Part shown: one piece after another, positions 24,986 to 32,246 of the stretch | How positions within the stretch are numbered: the stretch's first letter is position 1 | How the letters are laid out: the number at the start of each line of letters is the position of its first letter | Virus record (IMG/VR): IMGVR_UViG_3300020045_005843 | Coordinates: 1 to 35,919 of that record | Direction: 5' to 3' (one strand) | DNA from: a virus | Lineage: Duplodnaviria; Caudoviricetes | Length of the DNA: 35,919 nt | Program-made: the position numbers and the translations under genes | The notes under the pieces: generated by a model | Database searches by the model: none | Told to the model about the DNA's origin: nothing | The model's input: only the letters and a program-made list of their open reading frames with translations

Positions 24986-26947
24986 TTAATCTTTTTTATA
25001 ATATTTCGTAGTAAATCCCTCTGCTGGTGTGCCGAGCCCTTTAGCCCATTGTACAGGCTCGCCTAATACCCTGCACATTTCCCCGATAACAAAGTCAGTG
25101 GACTCGTTGGGTATGTCAGCCCCTACCTCATCGTGTACGTGCAGTACGATGTCGAACCCTGCGGCGTCGAGTCGTCGCATTCCATCGGCGAGTAGGTCTC
25201 TGGCTATCGCCTGTATGATGTTCTCCGAGAGCTTACCGCCGTATGTCTCTACCCACGTCCATTGTCCCGTCACTTGGTGTTTGCCTTTGTACTTGATGCT
25301 TTCGTTACCCCATCGATTTTTAGTTAAAACGGCATCCCTGTAAATCAATTTACGCCCCGAAGGTAATTGAATTGTCAAACATTTATGCTCATATCGAAAA
25401 ATAATTTCTTTCAAAGTTGAGGTTACGGGCTTGCGGGTTTTAAGTGCAGTAAGTGCGCAACGCTCGAACTCATACCACATTTCAACTATTCGACGAGAGG
25501 CTTTACGCCAACGCTCTACGATGCTTTTCATTTCTGCCTCTGATAACCCCATCGCCTCGCCGCCCATCGTTTTAAGTGCGCCAACCGATCCACCGAAGCC
25601 GAGAGCCAACTCCGCAATTTTACCCTTGTCTCGATACTCCGAGCCTTTGCCTATGCTCTCAATTGGCACGTTGAACATCATAGCCGCCGAGGCTTCATAG
25701 ATTTTACCGTCGCCTGCGAACACGTCTAAACGCCACTGTTCCCCTGCCAGCCACGCCGTAACCCTGCCCTCGATGGCCGAGTAATCGGCAACCGCCAAGA
25801 CGTTGCCCTCTTTGGGTACAATGGCGGTACGGATTAATTCAGATAGGACTTTCGGTAAATTATCGAATGTCATTGTGAGACCGTCGTAGTTGCCCGCCTT
25901 AACCAAGTCACGTGCTGCATCGAGAAGTTTCATCTTGTTACGTGGCAAGTTTTGAAGCTGTACGGCTCGACCAGCCCATCTGCCTGTGCGGCTACCACCG
26001 TAGAAGTACAAAAGCCCGTGAGCGGTCTGTGCGTCCGTGGCATAGTTGAGCATAGCCGCATATTTTTTTGTTGAGGTGCTTGACCCCATTTGGCGAAGTT
26101 TGAGAACCTCAACCGCCGCCCCGCTTTTATGCTCTGAAATCAAGGCTTTTACGTTGTCTTTTGCAAGTGTTGTTACATCTTGTTGCAGGGAAGCACTAAG
26201 CCAATCTTTGAGCTGTGCGGGGCTGTTCGGATTTACGAGTCCTGTTATTTCTTTGAGCTGGTCAACTACTTCAAGTTTAAATCTGTCGTCGATCAGCACG
26301 GCGTTTGTCGCCATTTGAACGTCGATATTAACGCCTCGGTCGTTTATCTTTTGGTCTAAAATATAGTTTAGTCTTTCGGTCTCTGGGATTTCAAAACCCG
26401 CTAACTGGTCCAGGAGCCACATTTCTGAGACAACATCCTGGGCGCAATAGGCTTTGTATTTTTCCCACTTCTCGGGGTTGTGTTTTGGTAAGTTACGCAT
26501 ACGCCCGCCGTTGGACTTGGTCGGCTTCACAGGACAAGAGAAATAGCGTATAAGGGCTTTGCCCTCGGCATCTTTAACCGCTTCGCCGTTGTTCAGTGCC
26601 TTGGTTGCAGCGTCTAGGCTCATAGGCAAACCACAATACCCCGCCTTTACGGCGGAACAATGCCACTGCTCTGCTGGCACGTCGTATCCGACAGCCTTAA
26701 AGGCGTTGCGCTCGAAGTTGGCATTGTGTGCGTGTTTCACAATGTTAGGGTTTGAGAGCAAATCTAAAAAAGAGGCGGGTATCTTTTCGCCGTTGGCGAG
26801 GTCGATGGTCTTAACGTGTGCGCCGTTAATTGAGTAGCACAAAATTAGAATTTCAAAATCTAGACTCTCGAAGTACTTGTAAGAGCCGCAGTCGGTAATG
26901 TCGACGCCCGAATAAGTTTCGATGTCGATGTGTAATTCTATAGCCAT
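24986..26947 (-). CDS. polA: Family A DNA polymerase with 3'-5' exonuclease
   Basis: DIETYS, HNANFER, YCAQDV (Exo I-III); DYSAIEGR (A), KIAELALGFGG (B), VHDE (C). Confidence 0.95.
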   Translation of the reverse strand: MAIELHIDIETYSGVDITDCGSYKYFESLDFEILILCYSINGAHVKTIDLANGEKIPASFLDLLSNPNIVKHAHNANFERNAFKAVGYDVPAEQWHCSAVKAGYCGLPMSLDAATKALNNGEAVKDAEGKALIRYFSCPVKPTKSNGGRMRNLPKHNPEKWEKYKAYCAQDVVSEMWLLDQLAGFEIPETERLNYILDQKINDRGVNIDVQMATNAVLIDDRFKLEVVDQLKEITGLVNPNSPAQLKDWLSASLQQDVTTLAKDNVKALISEHKSGAAVEVLKLRQMGSSTSTKKYAAMLNYATDAQTAHGLLYFYGGSRTGRWAGRAVQLQNLPRNKMKLLDAARDLVKAGNYDGLTMTFDNLPKVLSELIRTAIVPKEGNVLAVADYSAIEGRVTAWLAGEQWRLDVFAGDGKIYEASAAMMFNVPIESIGKGSEYRDKGKIAELALGFGGSVGALKTMGGEAMGLSEAEMKSIVERWRKASRRIVEMWYEFERCALTALKTRKPVTSTLKEIIFRYEHKCLTIQLPSGRKLIYRDAVLTKNRWGNESIKYKGKHQVTGQWTWVETYGGKLSENIIQAIARDLLADGMRRLDAAGFDIVLHVHDEVGADIPNESTDFVIGEMCRVLGEPVQWAKGLGTPAEGFTTKYYKKD

Positions 26948-26973
26948 TATTTTAGTTTTTTAGTGAAAGGATT

Positions 26974-27032
26974 GTGAGGTCGTAGGACTCGAACCTACGG
27001 GGTTTATTTCAGCCCGCAACGCTGCAACCTCG
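26974..27032 (-). ncRNA. Truncated tRNA-like element 1 (acceptor stem and T arm; D arm vestigial, anticodon arm degenerate)
   Basis: GAGGTT/GACCTC acceptor; GTAGG-TTCGAGT-CCTAC T arm; ends A-CAA. Confidence 0.6.
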
Positions 27033-27242
27033 GTGGCTCTTTACGGGAGAGCCTTAACGGGTCTAAGATTAACTTTTTTAAACCAAAAAATTTTCTACTG
27101 CCGAGCTCCTGCGTGCACGTCTCGGCATCTGTGCCACCAAACCAATAAACAGTGGGTCGCCATTACGCGGTGCGTTGTCTGCCCGTTTGGAATTCAGCCT
27201 TTAAATCTCGTCAAGCCTTGCGGCGCGTCGTCTAAAAACTTT

Positions 27243-27302
27243 GAGGGTGTGCGGGATTCGAACCCGCACCGTCGAGCTGTGCTACCATTACACTAACACC
27301 CA
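27243..27302 (-). ncRNA. Truncated tRNA-like element 2, lacking the anticodon arm
   Basis: GGGTGT/ACACCC acceptor, U8A9, D arm GTGT-AATGGTA-GCAC, 11-nt linker, T arm GCGGG-TTCGAAT-CCCGC; ends T-CAA. Confidence 0.75.
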
Positions 27303-27310
27303 TCCAATCT

Positions 27311-27844
27311 CTAATCCATATCGTCGTCCATGTCGGCGAAGTCCTCTTTAGGATTACTACCTCCACCGCCTAACGGCTCGCCGTCGGATAGTTTCATAAG
27401 GCTGTTCAATCCAGCCCCTACGCCTTTGTTTACCCCAGCATCATACCAGTAAAAGTTGATGCAGGCACGACCGTAACAGCCGCTATAAATCTCCTCTGGG
27501 TCTAAAATCTCGTTGAAATCACGGTCAACAATCGCAGGCTTTGTGCTGCTTTTAGCGTTGATTATCCAGGACTTTTCATTCTCCGGATATTTGTCCGTGT
27601 CCGTGTCGTCGCCGTCGTGGATTGGGTTGCTAAACTTCTTTGGGGCTTTTCCACCCTCCCCGCCTTTAAGCGAAGCCTGCGCAATTGCTGCGGTGATCGC
27701 CGCATAAGTGACTTTATCCTTTTTCGGGATTACGAGCTTGATGTTGTACTTTGGTGTCCCCCCCTCAATTGCTGTCTTTACAAAGACGCTTGGGAAGCAA
27801 AACAAGACTTTGCCTGTTGTAACTTTGGTTTTTAACTCTGCCAT
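27311..27844 (-). CDS. Single-stranded DNA-binding protein (DUF2815, T7 gp2.5-like)
   Basis: PIHDGD, IYSGCYGRACINFY, NKGVGAGLN, DGEPLGG, acidic tail. Confidence 0.9.
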   Translation of the reverse strand: MAELKTKVTTGKVLFCFPSVFVKTAIEGGTPKYNIKLVIPKKDKVTYAAITAAIAQASLKGGEGGKAPKKFSNPIHDGDDTDTDKYPENEKSWIINAKSSTKPAIVDRDFNEILDPEEIYSGCYGRACINFYWYDAGVNKGVGAGLNSLMKLSDGEPLGGGGSNPKEDFADMDDDMD

Positions 27845-27846
27845 TT

Positions 27847-28149
27847 TTAAGTAATTTTAAATTTTTCTGTGTTTAGGTTTGGGTCAATCGTTGCCATCTG
27901 GGTAACGAAGACCGCGTTAGCGAAATCGGTCAACTTCACGTCGTCTTGGAAGACTTCGTTTCTTTTCTCCTCTGACTCAAAGGCGAATGGTGCAACGAAT
28001 TGCACGGGTTCGTTTTGCGAATTGAAGCCGTAAAGCTTCAATTCCAAATAAGTTTCGTCTCTCACGTGCCACACGGCTTGCGCATAGTTTGCGAGATTGA
28101 TTAACTTAACTCGGTAGCCCGTTGGGGCTGCGTCCTTAACTATTTCCAT
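27847..28149 (-). CDS. Hypothetical protein
   Basis: Tiles the operon. Confidence 0.7.
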   Translation of the reverse strand: MEIVKDAAPTGYRVKLINLANYAQAVWHVRDETYLELKLYGFNSQNEPVQFVAPFAFESEEKRNEVFQDDVKLTDFANAVFVTQMATIDPNLNTEKFKIT

Positions 28150-28154
28150 TTTTT

Positions 28155-29363
28155 TTAGTCTAAATCGTCTAACTCGGCAAAGTCCTTCTTTGCCTGTGTT
28201 GCGCTGTTGATAGGCTCTCTTTTGTCGCTCTCGTCCACCAAGGTGGGTGCGCCCTGCGGCTTCACGACTAAATGCCCTATCAAACTCTCAAACCCTGCCT
28301 TTTTAAGCAGTTTCTCCAAGTCACCCAATCCTTTTAACTTGGTGTTTAAGAACTGGTCAGGCTCGTAAAGCTCTGCCTCCAGTATCTCTCGGACTTTCGC
28401 CTCGTCGGTTATTTGCCTAATCGACCTACCCTCAACAAGCTTATACCCCTCCCAGTGTTTGCCCTCGATTGCTTCTTTCAAAACTAAGGCTTTCACGTCG
28501 GATAAAAATTTAGATATGAAATCGGCATTTTTGTAAAGAGTCAAAAGCTCGTCGTCGTTTATGAGTCTTGGGTCATCGTGCTCCTCAAAATCTCGCCTTA
28601 CTTGCACCATCGCCATTTCGGCAAGAGCCTTACAACGTGGACGTGCTTTACAGAATTGACACCAATCGCCCGGAACTTGTGCGCCGCCCCCGGTGTACGC
28701 CTCTACGGCTTTAGGTTTTAAAACCTCGTCCGACCAATCTCGCAGCTCTTTGGTCGATAGCGACCAACTAGAAATATGGTCAAGTCTTGGCTGTACGATG
28801 GTCAAAGTCACTTTGTTAAAAGTCGTCGTGCGCTCTGCCACTTTCATAGCTCCACGACCGTAACATTTTAGCTGGGGGTTTTCCTCGGAATAAACCTGTT
28901 TACCTTTGCCAAATTTAAGGTCAATTACCTCAATTCCACAGTTTGAAATCACGATGCAATCCGAAGTTCCGAAGCCCCCCTCTATCCACTCCGCAAGGTC
29001 TAATTTCTCCTCAATCAAGATACGGGCGTGTTTGTCAACTCTTTTCGCTTCGGCGTATTGCGCTTTGCAATAATTGACGTAAACCATTACCTCGTCCTCC
29101 ATTTCGAAGTAGTAAAGCGGGTGTTTGCGCAACTCCTCGACTTGCTTACGGTAGTTGTCCATCGACATCAGTTTCAAGTCGCAACGCAGTTTTATCTCTG
29201 CGAGTTCGTGGGCGAGTGTACCCTCTTCGGCGTAACTGCTTGTTTCCTCAGGGAAGCCCCCCTCTAAACGAGGCGAGGCGGGACAGTTAATCCATCTTTC
29301 TGAGCCAGATGCAGAAAGAAGCGCGTGGCTTCTCTCTGCGTGGCCTGTTGCTGTCGGCTTCAA
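28155..29363 (-). CDS. DUF2800 Cas4-like PD-(D/E)xK nuclease
   Basis: HALLSAS..RWINCP, EGTLAHE, FGTSD, IDLKFGKG, NPQL..Y, WCQFCKA...C. Confidence 0.9.
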   Translation of the reverse strand: MKPTATGHAERSHALLSASGSERWINCPASPRLEGGFPEETSSYAEEGTLAHELAEIKLRCDLKLMSMDNYRKQVEELRKHPLYYFEMEDEVMVYVNYCKAQYAEAKRVDKHARILIEEKLDLAEWIEGGFGTSDCIVISNCGIEVIDLKFGKGKQVYSEENPQLKCYGRGAMKVAERTTTFNKVTLTIVQPRLDHISSWSLSTKELRDWSDEVLKPKAVEAYTGGGAQVPGDWCQFCKARPRCKALAEMAMVQVRRDFEEHDDPRLINDDELLTLYKNADFISKFLSDVKALVLKEAIEGKHWEGYKLVEGRSIRQITDEAKVREILEAELYEPDQFLNTKLKGLGDLEKLLKKAGFESLIGHLVVKPQGAPTLVDESDKREPINSATQAKKDFAELDDLD

Positions 29364-29365
29364 GA

Positions 29366-29749
29366 CTATTTAAGTTTAGCCAAGAAGTCGTAATACGCTC
29401 GATAGTACGCCTCGTCAAGGTCTTTGATGCCCGTGGCCCCTAAGTCCTTAAGTTGAGCCTTAATGGCTTCACGGTGCTTGTCAACTTTCGTAGCCTGTAA
29501 GGCTCTAATGTCGTCGGCTTCGATTTCCTCGGCTTGTTCCTCGGTTTCCTCCTCTTCCTCGACTACTGGCTCAGGTTTCGTCTTGGCTCTTGACGGTCTT
29601 GGGGTTGGTGTTTTCGTTGGTTTAACCTCTTCGGCTTCTACAACTTCCATTTTTGCAACGGACTTACCTAAAAGGCTGTTGGTTAATGCTGCAACTGCTG
29701 TTACTACTGCGTTGTCTTCGCTTTCAAATTCAATTTTAATTGTGCTCAT
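29366..29749 (-). CDS. Conserved phage replication-module protein (acidic linker, small C-terminal helical domain)
   Basis: Position upstream of DUF2800; C-terminal HREAIKAQLKDLGA..LD...Y. Confidence 0.7.
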   Translation of the reverse strand: MSTIKIEFESEDNAVVTAVAALTNSLLGKSVAKMEVVEAEEVKPTKTPTPRPSRAKTKPEPVVEEEEETEEQAEEIEADDIRALQATKVDKHREAIKAQLKDLGATGIKDLDEAYYRAYYDFLAKLK

Positions 29750-29751
29750 TC

Positions 29752-30156
29752 CTATTTATGTTTAATTATTAAATCCGTGAGTTGTGAAAGGTAGTCGGTG
29801 AGACTGATGTCTCGGGGGTGTGTCGACGTTTCGAAACAGTGCGCACCATTGCGCATTACGATAGTTGTCATTGTTTCGGTGTCCAGCTCGGCGTAGTAGT
29901 CATAAGCCGTGAATCGGACAAGGCCCTTGCGATTAGAGGAGACGTGCCATTCAGCATCGTCAAACAGCAACCCTATAGGCACGTTAAGCACCTCGGATAG
30001 TTTGGCTATCTGTTCAGAATTAAGAAGCATTTCGCCCCTCATTACACGCCTTACTGCGTGTGCTGCGTCTTTGTTGTCCGGGAAGAGGTGCGCCCCAAGA
30101 TAAGAGGCTTTTAAGTTTGCCGTTTCGGCTATGCGCCTTAAGTCTAATGTTTGCAT
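29752..30156 (-). CDS. XRE/Cro-like HTH transcriptional regulator
   Basis: HTH region ending EQIAKLSEVLNVPIGLLF; first gene after the early promoter. Confidence 0.75.
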   Translation of the reverse strand: MQTLDLRRIAETANLKASYLGAHLFPDNKDAAHAVRRVMRGEMLLNSEQIAKLSEVLNVPIGLLFDDAEWHVSSNRKGLVRFTAYDYYAELDTETMTTIVMRNGAHCFETSTHPRDISLTDYLSQLTDLIIKHK

Positions 30157-30175
30157 GTCTAACTGTTTTGTTTGA

Positions 30176-30205
30176 CAAATGTAGTGCTTTATTTTAATTG
30201 TGCAA
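30176..30205 (-). promoter_or_regulatory. Bacteroidota-type early promoter of the replication operon
   Basis: TTGCA-N17-TACATTTG. Confidence 0.85.
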
Positions 30206-30244
30206 ACTTTTAACGCAAAAAAATTAAAAAATTTAACTAATTTT

Positions 30245-30510
30245 TATTGTTTACGCTTCAAGTTGTTGGTTTTTAGGCATTTAGCCTATTTATTTTAAAA
30301 TTGTAAACGATAAACAATGCGGGTACAGACTTTCCCGTGGGTATATATACGTTTTATGTAATACTATGTAGGTGTTATATTACTTATTTTAATTATTTAA
30401 TAGTTTTGGTATATTATTGTTTATATAGTTTATAAGAGGCTTAGGCGTTGCGGTTGTGGGCTTCGCTCGTAAACCAGCTTTTTTATCTCAGTTTACTCTT
30501 TGTTTATACC
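30245..30510. repeat. Iteron-rich AT element, copy B (candidate origin)
   Basis: TTGTAAACGATAAACAATGCG, TATATTATTGTTTATAT and CGTAAACCAGCTTT are shared with copy A. Confidence 0.75.
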
Positions 30511-30514
30511 CAAT

Positions 30515-30536
30515 AAAAAACCCGCCGAAGCGGGTT
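30515..30536 (-). terminator. Intrinsic terminator with UUCG loop
   Basis: AACCCGC-TTCG-GCGGGTTTTTT. Confidence 0.9.
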
Positions 30537-30541
30537 AGGTT

Positions 30542-30619
30542 TTAATATCTAAAAATGTTTTTCTGATTTCCAAATAGGTAAAAAGAGATTGCGTCGTAGA
30601 ATTTTTCGAAATTTTTCAT
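30542..30619 (-). CDS. 25-aa peptide MKNFEKFYDAISFYLFGNQKNIFRY (absent from the ORF track)
   Basis: AT-rich start region (AAACTTAAACTTATG); lies between a sigma-54 box and a terminator. Confidence 0.6.
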   Translation of the reverse strand: MKNFEKFYDAISFYLFGNQKNIFRY

Positions 30620-30643
30620 AAGTTTAAGTTTTTCTTTTATTAA

Positions 30644-30660
30644 TGCAAAACTCGTGCCAA
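30644..30660 (-). promoter_or_regulatory. Sigma-54 (-24/-12) promoter
   Basis: TTGGCACGAGTTTTGCA is an exact match to YTGGCACGRNNNTTGCW; intergenic. Confidence 0.75.
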
Positions 30661-30666
30661 AAACTT

Positions 30667-30834
30667 CTATTTTTTTAGCTTATGTGCAAATAATTGTATA
30701 ACAAAACTTACCGGAACTATTCGGGCCACTAATCGCAGGATAAACCCGGCGTTAGTCGTTGATTTTGAATTGGCATACGCCGTGGCGGCTTCCTGCAGGC
30801 CGTTATTAATCACGTCAGGGGTTTGTTTTTTCAT
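30667..30834 (-). CDS. 55-aa protein with cationic hydrophobic C-terminus; candidate lysis accessory (absent from the ORF track)
   Basis: MKKQTPDV...GFILRLVARIVPVSFVIQLFAHKLKK; ATG 3 nt after the endolysin stop. Confidence 0.75.
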   Translation of the reverse strand: MKKQTPDVINNGLQEAATAYANSKSTTNAGFILRLVARIVPVSFVIQLFAHKLKK

Positions 30835-30837
30835 TAT

Positions 30838-31428
30838 TTAGATTTTTAGTATTAATTTCCACTTTTTCAGGCACTCTGCCCGGTGGGTGTACCCATTGGC
30901 GTCACCCTCTTTGGTTGTTTGCCTACCGATGTTGATTTGGTCGCTAACAGCGTCAAGATCGTCAAGATCGGAGTATCTGTTGAGGTTGTTGTCCTGCCAA
31001 TAGACGAGGGCATCGATGACGGCGTTAGCCTCTTCGATTATTAGGTCGGGGTTGGCAACAAAGTCCACGCCTGTAACCTCTGAAAGTCTGGTGTAGCCGT
31101 CTTTAAAAGTTCGCTGAATAAGCCCCCCGCCTCGGTACTTGTAGCCGTCCCCCGTTGAGGGGTCGCCGTTTCCGCCCCGGTTGGCGTAAACGTAGTTTGC
31201 GCAGTGCTCCGAGTTCCTGAGGTAAGTCCTAACGAACGAATCAGATTTGTTTTTAAAGGGCGTGTAGAACGCGGCACGTAGGCTGTCAATCGACTTAAAG
31301 TAAAGGCTTTCCCTTTTGGGCTTTAACCCGCTTTCCGCCTCGATTTGAGCCATAAAATGCGCCGTTCTTAACGAGGTGTCAACTCCGAAACGGGAGAATA
31401 AACTTTTATATTTTTCGTATAGCTGCAT
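30838..31428 (-). CDS. Endolysin, glycoside hydrolase family 19
   Basis: AHFMAQIEAESG, YANRGGNG, GDGYKYRGGGLIQ, IN.G...NG...R motifs. Confidence 0.9.
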   Translation of the reverse strand: MQLYEKYKSLFSRFGVDTSLRTAHFMAQIEAESGLKPKRESLYFKSIDSLRAAFYTPFKNKSDSFVRTYLRNSEHCANYVYANRGGNGDPSTGDGYKYRGGGLIQRTFKDGYTRLSEVTGVDFVANPDLIIEEANAVIDALVYWQDNNLNRYSDLDDLDAVSDQINIGRQTTKEGDANGYTHRAECLKKWKLILKI

Positions 31429-31712
31429 TATCGCCTAGTTTTTCTTTCTTCGTTCATAACTCTTTCGCCTGCCATATCAACTTTTAACTGGTTTAGACTT
31501 TCTGAAATTCTGTCCAGTTTAAAGTCGAATTTCGAAAACCCCGCCTTACTTTCGTCATTGGCTTTTTCGAGCGTAGTTATTCGCTGGTTATATTCGGTTT
31601 GGGTAGATTTTACATTAATGTACCCGCCTATCACCGTCAACAACACAGCCACTAAGGCTATGATGTTTGAGGTGGATAATTTCAATTTTTGTTCGGTGTC
31701 TGGGGTTTGCAT
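31428..31712 (-). CDS. Putative holin/antiholin (one TM plus coiled coil)
   Basis: IIALVAVLLTVIGGYI; coupled to the endolysin. Confidence 0.6.
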   Translation of the reverse strand: MQTPDTEQKLKLSTSNIIALVAVLLTVIGGYINVKSTQTEYNQRITTLEKANDESKAGFSKFDFKLDRISESLNQLKVDMAGERVMNEERKTRR

Positions 31713-31734
31713 AGGTTTTTTATTTCAAAATTAC

Positions 31735-31770
31735 AAAAAAAGCCCCACAAAATAAACAGTAGGGCTTTTT
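31735..31770 (-). terminator. Intrinsic terminator inside the lysis region
   Basis: AAAAAGCCCTAC-loop-GTGGGGCTTTTTT. Confidence 0.75.
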
Positions 31771-31774
31771 CAAT

Positions 31775-31966
31775 TTACTTTGTTGGCTTAGTAACCAGGC
31801 TTTTTGAGAAAGCCGTCCAAATTAGCCCTACTGCTAAAATGACTTTTGTCACTTTTGGAGAAACCCCAATTTCAGCTAATAAACCAGCATTTTCAGCAAC
31901 TACGGCGTAAACTTGGTTGACAACTAAACTTGCCGTTACAAACCACGTGATCCATCTTGTTTTCAT
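31775..31966 (-). CDS. Putative holin (two hydrophobic segments, basic tail)
   Basis: 63 aa, near the endolysin. Confidence 0.55.
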   Translation of the reverse strand: MKTRWITWFVTASLVVNQVYAVVAENAGLLAEIGVSPKVTKVILAVGLIWTAFSKSLVTKPTK

Positions 31967-31994
31967 ATTTATATAGTTTTAAATTAAACACTTT

Positions 31995-32246
31995 TTAAAC
32001 GATTTTAAACACTTTTTTAAACGCTTCAATCAGTTTCTGCCAAAGACTTTTCTTTTTCTCGACTATCGGCTTTGGCGGTTCGATAGGGATTTCATATTTC
32101 GGAACAGACAGCACAGGATTTTTTTTAGGTACAGGAATCTGCAACTCGACTAATTGACTACCGACCGTGTAATTATCATGACCTGAAGCAACGATATTGC
32201 TTTGAGCAAAAATAATTGTGCTGAATAATAGGATTAGGTATTTCAC
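31995..32246 (-). CDS. Small secreted protein: signal peptide, Pro-rich linker, cationic amphipathic C-terminal helix
   Basis: MKYLILLFSTIIFA|Q ... KKKSLWQKLIEAFKKVFKIV. Confidence 0.7.
   Translation of the reverse strand: MKYLILLFSTIIFAQSNIVASGHDNYTVGSQLVELQIPVPKKNPVLSVPKYEIPIEPPKPIVEKKKSLWQKLIEAFKKVFKIV

Noticed and set aside
26974-27032. Functional tRNA-Phe (CTGAAAT loop)
   Set aside because: The anticodon stem does not pair in that register and the D arm is missing; kept only as tRNA-like.
27185-27225. Possible hammerhead ribozyme core (TTGACGAG ... GAA)
   Set aside because: CUGANGA and GAAA are not intact, and stems II/III cannot be built convincingly.
27033-27296. 87-aa plus-strand ORF over the ssb-polA gap
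   Set aside because: Wrong strand for the operon, atypical composition, and it overlaps tRNA-like structures that explain the sequence better.
28155-29363. Cas4-like gene as a sign of a CRISPR system
   Set aside because: No repeat-spacer array or other cas genes; DUF2800 is a routine neighbour of DUF2815 and PolA.
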